Of a DNA stretch of 64,000 nucleotides, positions 40,632 through 49,716 are shown piece by piece (position 1 is the stretch's first letter; every line of letters begins with the position of its first letter). The notes beneath the pieces are model-generated. The model made no database searches, was not told the origin of the DNA, and saw nothing but the letters and a program-made list of their open reading frames with translations. The stretch is taken from the NCBI GenBank assembly GCA_016927065.1, contig JAFGNJ010000020.1, positions 10,923 to 74,922 of the forward strand, given 5' to 3'. The DNA comes from Deltaproteobacteria bacterium (GTDB taxonomy: Bacteria; Desulfobacterota; B13-G15; RBG-16-54-18). The position numbers and the translations under genes are program-made.

Positions 40632-41174
40632 ATGAATTGGTTACAATTTATTTTGGGATTTGGGGCTGGCTTTGTTGTGGCGGTCCTACTTGCACTCTGG
40701 ATCTGGATGAAACATGGGTACAAACATATTTATATTCAACATAGTGCGCCTGAAGAAATAAAATCTATAGTCGAATTTCAACCATATGTAAAATGGCTTA
40801 TCGCTACCGAAGCAGACGAAGGAGAATTATATTTTCGAACAAAAAAACCAGTGTTCCTACTTAGGATGCAGAAGTTAAAATTTAAAAACAAACCAGATGT
40901 TATAGAAATTGACATTCGAAGCAGCGATGAAAACAACCAGCATTACTTAGCTGTTAGAGAGGGATTGAGTCAAAATGAAATAGATTTTAAAGAGCGCTTC
41001 ACTCCAAAACAGAAGAGGCCTAAAGATATGCGTGTGAGAATTGAGGTTGGTGCATTTGCACCAGCTGCTGTAGCAAATATACTAAAAATAATTACAACTT
41101 CAATTGGATGCAATGCAAATGAAGGAATATATGTTAGTGAACGGCATCCAAGTTTTTGGAGCAACACCGCTTAA
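40632..41174 (+). CDS. Hypothetical N-terminally membrane-anchored protein in low-GC island 3
   Basis: One N-terminal TM helix, AT-rich, no family recognised. Confidence 0.4.
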   Translation: MNWLQFILGFGAGFVVAVLLALWIWMKHGYKHIYIQHSAPEEIKSIVEFQPYVKWLIATEADEGELYFRTKKPVFLLRMQKLKFKNKPDVIEIDIRSSDENNQHYLAVREGLSQNEIDFKERFTPKQKRPKDMRVRIEVGAFAPAAVANILKIITTSIGCNANEGIYVSERHPSFWSNTA

Positions 41175-41245
41175 CAATTTAATAAACGGATTGGCTGAAA
41201 CACCTGCCAAGCCGGTTATCAAAACGTTGGACATGAGTCAATAAG

Positions 41246-41695
41246 ATGAAATCAACCTGCATATCACTCGCTTCTTTGCTTCTGCTGGCGGCTTTCTGTC
41301 TCGCAGCCGACAATCCAGCTAGGGGCAAGAACGTGGCCTACCTCGGCGGCGAAATGAACAAGACCCCTGCAGAATGGATTGGGAAAAAGGTAGCGGATAT
41401 TCTTCCCACAGGTACGGTCAGCAAAGTCATCATCCTTCGCTCCATGTCGAGCGCTCCACTAGCCTATCATGAAGCTGCACTTGGTCGTCTATGGACTGTC
41501 CCCCTCAAGGTAATCGCAGTGGGAAATCCAAAACTCGATGCCGAAGCTTGGTTCGACGCAGTCATTGTGCTGAAATCGGGTGACTATGTAAGGGTCACGT
41601 TCTGGAACGAGCATGGTCGCTTCGTGACTACTCAGGGAATCGGATACTTTAACCGGAAGGAAATCTATGCCCAACCCAAAGAGGGGGGAAAGTGA
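41246..41695 (+). CDS. Hypothetical secreted protein
   Basis: A signal peptide (MKSTCISLASLLLLAAFCLAA). No family recognised. Confidence 0.4.
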   Translation: MKSTCISLASLLLLAAFCLAADNPARGKNVAYLGGEMNKTPAEWIGKKVADILPTGTVSKVIILRSMSSAPLAYHEAALGRLWTVPLKVIAVGNPKLDAEAWFDAVIVLKSGDYVRVTFWNEHGRFVTTQGIGYFNRKEIYAQPKEGGK

Positions 41696-41760
41696 AAGTA
41701 ACGAAGGCGATCCTCTTAATATAAAATTTGAGGTGACCAGAACCGCCCCCTTGTTTTTTG

Positions 41761-42810
41761 CTACTTTTCAAATAATTTCAAAAACTCTTCATATCCTTCT
41801 TTTCCCAGATCCGCAACAGGGATAAACCGCAGCGCGGCGGAGTTGATGCAATAGCGAAGACCGGTCGGCGCAGGGCCGTCAGAAAAGACATGGCCAAGGT
41901 GTGAATCCGCGTTCTTACTTCTCACCTCTGTCCTCACCATCAGCAGCGACCTATCCTTTTTTTCAACGATATTCTCCGGCACCAGAGGCCTGGTAAAACT
42001 CGGCCACCCGGTTCCGGAGTCGAATTTATCCTGTGAGCTGAAGAGCGGCTCACCTGAAACAATATCGACATAGATCCCCGCTTTTTTGTTGTCCCAGTAT
42101 TCGTTGTCAAATGGCCTCTCAGTGCCGTTTTCTTGCGTGACATGGTATTGCAAAGGCGTCAGTCTCTTTTTTAATGCGCTTATATCCTTTTCCCCCTTTG
42201 TGCCCCAGATCTTTGCTAAAAATTGATCTCGGCCGGAACCGTTTCTATACAACTGATAGTGCGATGGATTTTTCTTGTAATAATCCTGGTGATATTCTTC
42301 AGCCTTATAAAACGTCGAAGCGCGAATGATGGGGGTAACAATCGGCTTATCGAAGAGCTTTTTCTTTTCCAAGGCCCGTTTTGATTCCTCAGCCAAGCGC
42401 TTTTGCTCGTTATCAAAATAAAAGATGGCTGTCGAATACGCCTTGCCTCTATCAGCGAATTGGCCGCCGGGATCAGTTGGATCTATCTGCTGCCAAAATA
42501 CCTCCAACAGCTGAGTATAGGTGATGTTCTGGGGATCATATACAATTTCCACGGCCTCACTATGGCCCCCTGAGGCGTAATCTTTATATGTGGGATTTTT
42601 ACTTGTACCGCCCGTGTAACCGGATGTAACTGAAACTACGCCTTCTAATTCTTCAAATGATTTTTCCATGCACCAAAAACAGCCCCCCGCAAACAGGGCC
42701 TTTTTGAGCTTTGATGTATCTTGCGCATGGGTGATGCTACCGAGTAATAACGGAAAAAGAAACATTGCAATTGCAGCTATATACTCCAGTTGTATATTCA
42801 TATTCTTCAT
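41761..42810 (-). CDS. msrAB: Secreted bifunctional peptide-methionine sulfoxide reductase MsrA-MsrB fusion
   Basis: An MsrA GCFWC motif ([12 protein letters not shown]) and an MsrB C-terminal domain ([11 protein letters not shown]) with an N-terminal signal peptide. Confidence 0.85.
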   Translation of the reverse strand: MKNMNIQLEYIAAIAMFLFPLLLGSITHAQDTSKLKKALFAGGCFWCMEKSFEELEGVVSVTSGYTGGTSKNPTYKDYASGGHSEAVEIVYDPQNITYTQLLEVFWQQIDPTDPGGQFADRGKAYSTAIFYFDNEQKRLAEESKRALEKKKLFDKPIVTPIIRASTFYKAEEYHQDYYKKNPSHYQLYRNGSGRDQFLAKIWGTKGEKDISALKKRLTPLQYHVTQENGTERPFDNEYWDNKKAGIYVDIVSGEPLFSSQDKFDSGTGWPSFTRPLVPENIVEKKDRSLLMVRTEVRSKNADSHLGHVFSDGPAPTGLRYCINSAALRFIPVADLGKEGYEEFLKLFEK

Positions 42811-43014
42811 GTCGCACCTCACTCCTTGTAATTTTAGTATTAATTAAAATATAAGCACGAAATGGTCTAAACGAAGAAAAAAGATCGGTCCGAGTGGAGA
42901 ACCCCCCACTTTCCTCACATAGTAATTCCTGGTTGACAGAGGAATAGCAGCAGGATATCTTCGGGTACTGTAGCTCAGTATTGCAAAAAGTCAAAAAAGC
43001 AAGGAATCGCCTAA

Positions 43015-43707
43015 ATGCCCGTTCCTCTTGTATGGATTTATTGGATCGTTAGTTTGACCATCGTTACCTATGCCAGCGCTGCTATCGTCAAGCGTTTTCC
43101 CGAACACGGCTTCGCGGCGCTGGTGGCCTTTTACACCATCTACCTGGGTGCCTCTCAGATCATGGCGGTCAGAATCGTGGAGTTTGACCTGGGGTTTCAT
43201 CGTTTTTTCGCCCCTGCCTCCGTATTCATCTACCCCTTTGTCGCCCAGGCCATCGATATGATCAACGAGGCCTACGGGAAGAGCAAGGCCCACCTGGCGA
43301 TCATCATCGCCTTCATCACCCAGGTGTTGCTCGTTGCCTTTATCCTGATGGTGAAGAACCTCTCCCCTGCCCCCTTTTTCCCATATGAGGAGGCCTGGCA
43401 GAAGATGTTTGCATTGGGGATCAGGATCACGGCGGCCTCATGGATCGCCTTCCTGATCTGTCAGAACCTCGACGCCTATGTCTTCGCCTGGCTGAAGAAG
43501 CGGTACGAAAAGCGCATCTGGCTGCGCAGTATTAGCAGCGACGTCCTGGACCTAACGCTGGACAGTGTGATCTTTGTGACCCTGGCCTTCGCTGGTGTCT
43601 TGCCTATTTTGCCCCTCATCATCGGACAGATCGTCAGCAAAAACGTCATCGGCCTCCTGGACACCCCCTGGTTTGTCTGGTACAAAAGAATATTGGGGCG
43701 AAAATAA
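43015..43707 (+). CDS. yhhQ: Queuosine-precursor transporter of the YhhQ/DUF165 (VUT) family
   Basis: 230 aa and about 6 TM helices, with conserved YhhQ motifs (FIYPFVAQAIDMINEAYG). Confidence 0.75.
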   Translation: MPVPLVWIYWIVSLTIVTYASAAIVKRFPEHGFAALVAFYTIYLGASQIMAVRIVEFDLGFHRFFAPASVFIYPFVAQAIDMINEAYGKSKAHLAIIIAFITQVLLVAFILMVKNLSPAPFFPYEEAWQKMFALGIRITAASWIAFLICQNLDAYVFAWLKKRYEKRIWLRSISSDVLDLTLDSVIFVTLAFAGVLPILPLIIGQIVSKNVIGLLDTPWFVWYKRILGRK

Positions 43708-43801
43708 TCTACCGTTTTGCGCTGTTCACATCTGTAACAATGTTACAAATGAACCCTATCTATTCAACTAAAACAAGCTTCGTAACTAAGAGGAGGAAGG
43801 G

Positions 43802-44080
43802 ATGGAAATTAAGATATTTGCCGCGGTCTTTGCAAGCATCTTCCTGGCCGAGTTGGGGGATAAGACCCAACTGGCGACCCTGCTGCTTGCCTCAGATAGA
43901 GGGGTTAATAAGGTGGGCCTGTTTGTGGCTGCCTCTTCGGCCCTGGTGCTGGCGACCTTTATGGCAGTTGTTGCCGGATCGTTTGTCAGCCGCTGGGTCT
44001 CCCCGCAGGTTATTAAGGTCATTGCCGGTATAGGGTTTATCGCGATCGGTATCTGGGTATTGTGGGGAGCGAGGACATAG
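43802..44080 (+). CDS. UPF0016 (GDT1/TMEM165/MneA-like) family membrane protein, single-repeat half-size form
   Basis: An E-L-G-D-K-T motif in TM1 (FLAELGDKTQLATLLLA). Its 92 aa match one repeat of the normally two-repeat family. Confidence 0.6.
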   Translation: MEIKIFAAVFASIFLAELGDKTQLATLLLASDRGVNKVGLFVAASSALVLATFMAVVAGSFVSRWVSPQVIKVIAGIGFIAIGIWVLWGART

Positions 44081-44247
44081 CTGAATAAGGGGAAACATTG
44101 TGCATGGAGCGCAAACTCTCCACCAAGCTATGCGTCATGTATAAGTAAGGTATAAGGTTTGGTGATGATGTAATAAATTTTCGTTATTTTCTTAGATACC
44201 TTTGCAAGTCTAACAGGTCAAGTGTTTCCTTTGCTTTTTACTCATGA

Positions 44248-44625
44248 TCACCAGAGGCGTTTGATTTCTTTTATCGTCTGGTTGGTGAGGCGACGGTACG
44301 TTTGGTCAGGGTGAGCCAGCACGGTGAGAAGGATGTCATGCCCATTGATGGCAAAGTAACGACAGACGAGGCGGGTGCCGTCATCGCCCACGATGGAGAT
44401 CTCATCCACCTGGGGGAGGCGTAATTCTCGATTAAGCTTGTTAGCCGTATCATTAAGCAAGGCTACCATGGCCGCCGTCATTTGATCCTCATAATAGAGC
44501 GGCGAAGACGCAAGAGGTAATCCGTCTTTGAGTGAAAGTACTGCCGCTTCGAAATTACCATCTTGGTTCATCCTGGATAAGGCCTTTTCAAAAAGCTCTT
44601 GCTTAGATCCCATAGCGCTCCTCAC
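44248..44625 (-). CDS. Roadblock/LC7 domain protein (MglB-like)
   Basis: 125 aa with a Roadblock-like pattern (AAVLSLKDGLPLAS ... ISIVGDDG). It is in an operon with an MglA-like GTPase. Confidence 0.55.
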   Translation of the reverse strand: MRSAMGSKQELFEKALSRMNQDGNFEAAVLSLKDGLPLASSPLYYEDQMTAAMVALLNDTANKLNRELRLPQVDEISIVGDDGTRLVCRYFAINGHDILLTVLAHPDQTYRRLTNQTIKEIKRLW

Positions 44626-44652
44626 TATCTACGGCTATCGCCGTTAGGTTAC

Positions 44653-45186
44653 TTAATGTTCTGTAATCTTTTCAAGCTCTTTGTCCAAAAGACGATCAAA
44701 TTCTTCGTCCACAAGCTGCATCTTCACCTGAACAACTTCAGAATTGTTCATCGATACTTCATGTATGATCTCTGACAACCTGTGGCGAGCCTGTTCTACG
44801 AAAACTCGCACGACACCAATTTTTACCTCATTGCCGAAGGCCACACTCAAAATGACCACATCAGCCACACTAGTAGAAAAGATGCTGTAATCTTCCGTTT
44901 CATGCAAAAGATTGATAAAGGGTGTCTTTTTAGCTAAAAGCTTAATAAACTCCACACTCGCTGCATGGCTGCCGGCGATCAGAGCCGCGAGGGCTTCGGC
45001 CTTTTTTGCGTCGATGTGGCCTCGAGATACAATCAGTTGTCCGGTGGTGTCGGTCAGCAGTATGGTTGGTGCCCCTGTGCTGCCAACCAATTCATCAAGA
45101 CACGCATCGACTTTTTCCATCTGTTCGGTGCTGAACTGGGCGGCATCAGGAATGGCAAAATCATAACAGGATGAGGACATAATCAT
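44653..45186 (-). CDS. Second Roadblock/LC7-like protein (longer, 177 aa; MglB/MglC-like)
   Basis: Roadblock-like core (APTILLTDTTGQLIVSRGHID...AALIAGSHAAS). Confidence 0.5.
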   Translation of the reverse strand: MIMSSSCYDFAIPDAAQFSTEQMEKVDACLDELVGSTGAPTILLTDTTGQLIVSRGHIDAKKAEALAALIAGSHAASVEFIKLLAKKTPFINLLHETEDYSIFSTSVADVVILSVAFGNEVKIGVVRVFVEQARHRLSEIIHEVSMNNSEVVQVKMQLVDEEFDRLLDKELEKITEH

Positions 45187-45197
45187 TTCCTTTAGAA

Positions 45198-45773
45198 TTA
45201 CATTTTTCTCTGGGTGACCTGAGTAATGATGGCCTTCATGGTATCAAATACGCTCTTGCCCTCCGTCGCGATCGCTCCGAAACGGGGCTGCCCATTTAAG
45301 CCCAGCCGCTTGCTCAGCTCATCAGGAGCAGTAGCAGACGAAAGATCCTGTTTGTTACATTGCAGGACAAAGGGAAACTCGCTCAGGGAACTCCCTTTCT
45401 CTTTAAGATATCCTCCCAACTCGGTCAGACTTTCGATATTCTCTTTTAGCCTATCTTCCTGCGAATCGGCAACAAAAACCACTCCGTCAACCCCCCGCAG
45501 TACTAATCTGCGACTGGCAGTATACATCGGTTGGCCAGGGACCGTATAAAAATTAAATTTTGGTTTTAGACCGTTGATCGTTGTCAATTCAATATACAAA
45601 AAATCAAAGAAAAGGGTGCGATCCCCTTCCGTCTTAACAGAGACCAATTCCCCCCGCAGCTGAGGGTTGATGTGATCGTGAATAAATTCAACGTTTGTGG
45701 TCTTGCCACCGCCACCCACGCCGTAGTAGACGACCTTGAAACTAATCTCTCCTCGTTGATGATTAATAAGCAC
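45198..45773 (-). CDS. mglA: MglA-family small Ras-like GTPase
   Basis: P-loop GVGGGGKTT and the MglA-typical TVPGQ motif in place of the Ras DxxGQ. 191 aa. Confidence 0.7.
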   Translation of the reverse strand: MLINHQRGEISFKVVYYGVGGGGKTTNVEFIHDHINPQLRGELVSVKTEGDRTLFFDFLYIELTTINGLKPKFNFYTVPGQPMYTASRRLVLRGVDGVVFVADSQEDRLKENIESLTELGGYLKEKGSSLSEFPFVLQCNKQDLSSATAPDELSKRLGLNGQPRFGAIATEGKSVFDTMKAIITQVTQRKM

Positions 45774-46026
45774 TGTTATTCCTTCTTCATATAGCTAATC
45801 TGCCTTGTGATTGATACCTTTTACCAAACTCTTACCAGTCAATGCACAAAACCGCAAAGTAGATGCCTTCTCTTTGCCTGCCGTTAAGTTCGCCACTCCA
45901 TTACTCCTTTCAGTAGCCCTCATAATAACAGGAGCAATTTATGTGCCGAAATTCTGTTTTGCCCTTATCTAATTTCCTAGAATTATTGGACTTTTATTCT
46001 CCCCAATTAAGCAGTATCTCCAAATG

Positions 46027-46055
46027 AAAAAAGTGACAATTATTGTCACTTTTTT
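46027..46055. terminator. Perfect 13-bp-stem palindromic hairpin flanked by an A-run and a T-run (AAAAAAGTGACAA-tta-TTGTCACTTTTTT). It could be a bidirectional terminator or an operator, and a partial repeat GCAATTGTCAC follows.
   Basis: Read directly from the sequence. It is about 175 nt downstream of the acyl-CoA ligase stop. Confidence 0.45.
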
Positions 46056-46229
46056 GTGAGGCAATTGTCACGTGCCCTTAAAAACCTGGGATGGGGTCTA
46101 ATCTATATGTAATGAAATAATGACGCGTTAGATTTCAGTGAGGCACAACCTATTCTCATAACAGCGACAAACGGAATTCGTACGTGCTCATCCAAGAGAA
46201 AAGTTTTTATGTGTCCTGGATTTTTCTGG

Positions 46230-47909
46230 TCATCTCGCCTGAAGCTTTTTCTCTATGTCTTCCCGTAGGGATCGTTTGTCTACTTTTTCCGCTCCGGTAT
46301 AGGGCATGGTTTTGATATATTCGATCCGCTCTGGAAGCTGGAGCACAGAGGCCTTCTGCCCTTTTAAGAAGGAAATGATCTCCTCAAAAGTCGGGTGGGA
46401 CCCGGCCTTGGGCTGGATATAGGCACAAACCCTCTCACCCATGGTTTGATCAGGCATTGCGATCACGGCCACGGCTGCAACATCCGGGTGGCGGCTAATG
46501 AGTCTTTCAATTTCCGTTGCGCTGATACTCTCACCCCCCCGGTTGATCATCTCTTTGATGCGGCCGGTAAGCCTAATGTAGCCTCGTTCATCGATTTTGG
46601 CCACATCGCCGGTCTTAAAGAATCCATTCTGGGTAAATGCCCTTTTATTTTCCTCTAGATTATTATAATAGCCTGTAAATACACCGGGGCCCTTAACGAC
46701 CAATTCACCCTCGCTATGAGGGGGAAGTTCATGCCCCTGTGGATCAACAATCTTGTACATGTCATAGGGGCACGTAGGTCTACCCACAGTAGAACAGATC
46801 GTTGCTAAATCATCATCGGTGCGTGTGATGGTCGTCATTCCTTCTGTTGCGCCGTAGCCATTGTAAAACTTCATCTGCAACTTTTCCGTGACATCTTTGA
46901 CGAGATCAGGGTGACTTGCTCCCCCTGCACTGTGCATCTTTTTCAAGGAACTCAAATCATGCTTGTCAAGATCTTTGTATTGAAGCATTCTTTGCGCCAG
47001 CGTGGGAACCCAAATGATTGACGTAACTTTTTCTCTTGCAATGATATCGCATATCTCTCTATCTTCTGTAGAATCTAGAAATATAACCTTTCCACACGTG
47101 ATGATACTCCCGATAAACCCCTTGGAGAATGTCAGATCATGTCCTATGGGACCAGCAAGGAGATTAATATCCTGGCAATGCTGCTCCCAGGCTTTTGAAC
47201 AGTATTCAATGCCCGTAATGAGGCTGTTGTGCGAGCGAGGGACAATCTTCGGTGCGCCGGTTGTCCCTCCAGTCGGTCCCATGTGGGCTACCTGCATGGG
47301 ATCCGGGCGTCTGCTGGCGAGCCGGGTCAGATTCTCCTCCGTCAATTCAACCTCCTCGATCAATCTTTCGAGGCTTGAAAAGGGCTGCTGATCACCGTCT
47401 CCCCGGACAGTGATGACATGCTCAAGTTCCGGATGTTCTTCCAGGACGTCATTGACAATAGGGATGTAATCTGTCTTTCTGTATCTGAAAGCAACGATCC
47501 AGGCTGTGGCCCCTGTAAGGCTCAGCAGGTGGTTGATCTCAAACTGGCGATATCGTTCAATCAATAATACCGGGATTGCGCCAATCTTTTGCAGGGCAAA
47601 ATAAGCGAAAACGAACTCGTTCCAGTTTGGAAGTTGAAGCAGAACCCGATCCAGGGGTTGGATGCCCAAATCCATAAGCCCAATGGCCAGCCTATTTGTC
47701 TTGTCCCGCGCCTCCCCATAGGTCAGGCGCGTCTTCCGATCCACAAAGGCTTCTTTGTCCGGATGAATATCCGCAGCCCTGTCAAGTACATCACCAAATG
47801 TCAGTCCTGACCACCATCGAAGTCTCGTATACTTTTCTGCATCGTCTTTGTTATAGGGGGTAACTCCTTCTAGGAGTTTAGTCATACCTGATCGTTCCAT
47901 TCTACTCAT
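46230..47909 (-). CDS. AMP-dependent synthetase/ligase (acyl- or aryl-CoA ligase)
   Basis: AMP-binding motifs (TGGTTGAPK, GYGATEG, TGDVAKIDERGYIRLTGRIKE). Confidence 0.8.
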   Translation of the reverse strand: MSRMERSGMTKLLEGVTPYNKDDAEKYTRLRWWSGLTFGDVLDRAADIHPDKEAFVDRKTRLTYGEARDKTNRLAIGLMDLGIQPLDRVLLQLPNWNEFVFAYFALQKIGAIPVLLIERYRQFEINHLLSLTGATAWIVAFRYRKTDYIPIVNDVLEEHPELEHVITVRGDGDQQPFSSLERLIEEVELTEENLTRLASRRPDPMQVAHMGPTGGTTGAPKIVPRSHNSLITGIEYCSKAWEQHCQDINLLAGPIGHDLTFSKGFIGSIITCGKVIFLDSTEDREICDIIAREKVTSIIWVPTLAQRMLQYKDLDKHDLSSLKKMHSAGGASHPDLVKDVTEKLQMKFYNGYGATEGMTTITRTDDDLATICSTVGRPTCPYDMYKIVDPQGHELPPHSEGELVVKGPGVFTGYYNNLEENKRAFTQNGFFKTGDVAKIDERGYIRLTGRIKEMINRGGESISATEIERLISRHPDVAAVAVIAMPDQTMGERVCAYIQPKAGSHPTFEEIISFLKGQKASVLQLPERIEYIKTMPYTGAEKVDKRSLREDIEKKLQAR

Positions 47910-48049
47910 TAATTAACGTGATAAAAAGATAGCGTTAAGAACTTTTTTCTTCTCCTTTTTAACACCACCCGATCACCCTCTCGCGATGCAGGTCATCATA
48001 CGTGAGTTACTCTATCTTTATTTAAAAGCCGATTCCTGATATTTCGATC

Positions 48050-48811
48050 CTAAAAAACAAACAGATCAAGGCCTCCTAACATATTCACCACCGCACCGGT
48101 CATGTACCGGGCTTCGTCCGATACCACATAGGTGATGGCATCGGCGATCTCCTGGGGGTCTGCAAACCGGCCGATAGCCGTTCTCTTCTCAACCCTTTTG
48201 AGGACCTCTTCCTGAAGGAGCGTAGAGGCATCGGTTGCGGCTAAACCGACTAATACACAATTTGTCGTAATATTGTATCGAGCCCCCTCCAATGCCGTTG
48301 ACTTTGCCAGGGCGATCAGCCCCGCCTTGGCAGCACCGTAGCTCGTCTGACCATACCCACCTATAACACCGGCAACAGAGGTTATATTAACGATCCGTCC
48401 CCACTTGCTGGCACACATATCCGCCCATGCCTCCTTGATGCAATAAAAGGCGGAATTCAGGCAGACCTTAACCTCATTATCCCATTCCTCTATGGTGGTC
48501 TTAGCAATGGTGATATTATGGCCCATAAGGGCAGCATTGTTCACCAAGATATTCACTGGTCCAAGCTCATTTTTTATGGCCGCAAAGGCCTTTTGGACAT
48601 CCGCATGATCCCTTCCATCCATTTTGACGGCCAGCGATTGTCGGCCAAGGGCCTTTATCTCTTCGGCCACAGATAGGGCCCCTTCCATGTGGTTAAAGCC
48701 GCTCACAGCTACGTCAGCCCCGTGTCGTGCAAAGGTAAGGGCGATGGCCCTGCCAATACCCCGGGGCATTGATGCACCAGTTACGAAAGCCTTCTTGCCT
48801 TGCAATGACAT
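48050..48811 (-). CDS. SDR-family oxidoreductase, first of two tandem paralogues
   Basis: TGASMPRGIG dinucleotide motif, NNAA, and a YxxxK catalytic dyad (YGAAK). Confidence 0.8.
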   Translation of the reverse strand: MSLQGKKAFVTGASMPRGIGRAIALTFARHGADVAVSGFNHMEGALSVAEEIKALGRQSLAVKMDGRDHADVQKAFAAIKNELGPVNILVNNAALMGHNITIAKTTIEEWDNEVKVCLNSAFYCIKEAWADMCASKWGRIVNITSVAGVIGGYGQTSYGAAKAGLIALAKSTALEGARYNITTNCVLVGLAATDASTLLQEEVLKRVEKRTAIGRFADPQEIADAITYVVSDEARYMTGAVVNMLGGLDLFVF

Positions 48812-48852
48812 ACGCGCTCCCTGTATCAACGTCCTACAGAAATAAAAAAATC

Positions 48853-49617
48853 CTAAAAAACAAACAGGTCAAGACCGCCCACCATATTCATCACACCACC
48901 GGTCATGTACCGAGCCTCATCCGATACTACATAAGCAACGGCATCAGCGATCTCCTGAGGATCAGAAGGCCTGCCTATGGCCGTTCTCTTTTCAATCCTT
49001 TGGCGGACCTCTTCCGGGATCGGTTCATAATAGGCCTCCGTATTGGCTATGCCGACTAAAACACAATTTGCGGTTATATTGAAGCGAGCCCCCTCCAATG
49101 CCGTTGACTTTGCCAGGCCGATCAGTCCTGCCTTGGCAGCACCGTAGCTCGTCTGTCCATACCCACCCATGACTCCGGCAACAGAGGTCATATTGACGAT
49201 TCGGCCCCACTTATTAGCACACATATCTGCCCATGCCTCCTTGATGCAATAGAAGGCGGAATGCAGGCAGAGTTTAACCTCATTCTCCCAGTCTTCTATC
49301 GTGGTCTTGGCAAGGGTCACCATACGACGCATCTGGGCGGCATTGTTCACCAAAATATTCACAGGGCCCAACGCATCTTTTATGGCAGAAAAGGCCTTCT
49401 GGACATCTGCGTAATCCCTCCCGTTCATTTTAACCGCCACCGATCTTCTGCCCATTGATTGTATTTCATCTGCTACAGCCTGGGCCCCTTCTATATGGTT
49501 AAAGCCGGTTACTGCGACATCCGCACCGTGTCTTGCCAAGGTAAGGGCGATGGCCTTGCCGATGCCTTGCGGCATAGTAGCGCCTGTTACCAATGCGATC
49601 TTGCCTTCTAACGACAT
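48853..49617 (-). CDS. SDR-family oxidoreductase, second tandem paralogue, about 75-80% identical to the first
   Basis: Near-identical architecture and motifs (TGATMPQGIG, YGAAK). Confidence 0.8.
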   Translation of the reverse strand: MSLEGKIALVTGATMPQGIGKAIALTLARHGADVAVTGFNHIEGAQAVADEIQSMGRRSVAVKMNGRDYADVQKAFSAIKDALGPVNILVNNAAQMRRMVTLAKTTIEDWENEVKLCLHSAFYCIKEAWADMCANKWGRIVNMTSVAGVMGGYGQTSYGAAKAGLIGLAKSTALEGARFNITANCVLVGIANTEAYYEPIPEEVRQRIEKRTAIGRPSDPQEIADAVAYVVSDEARYMTGGVMNMVGGLDLFVF

Positions 49618-49716
49618 ATACTCTCCTCCTCTAGTATTTATATTTACGATGCTGTCTGCATTCTACAGTGAGCCATATCGTACCTATCAAGGGGAGCGGA
49701 TTTTACCTCCCTCCTC

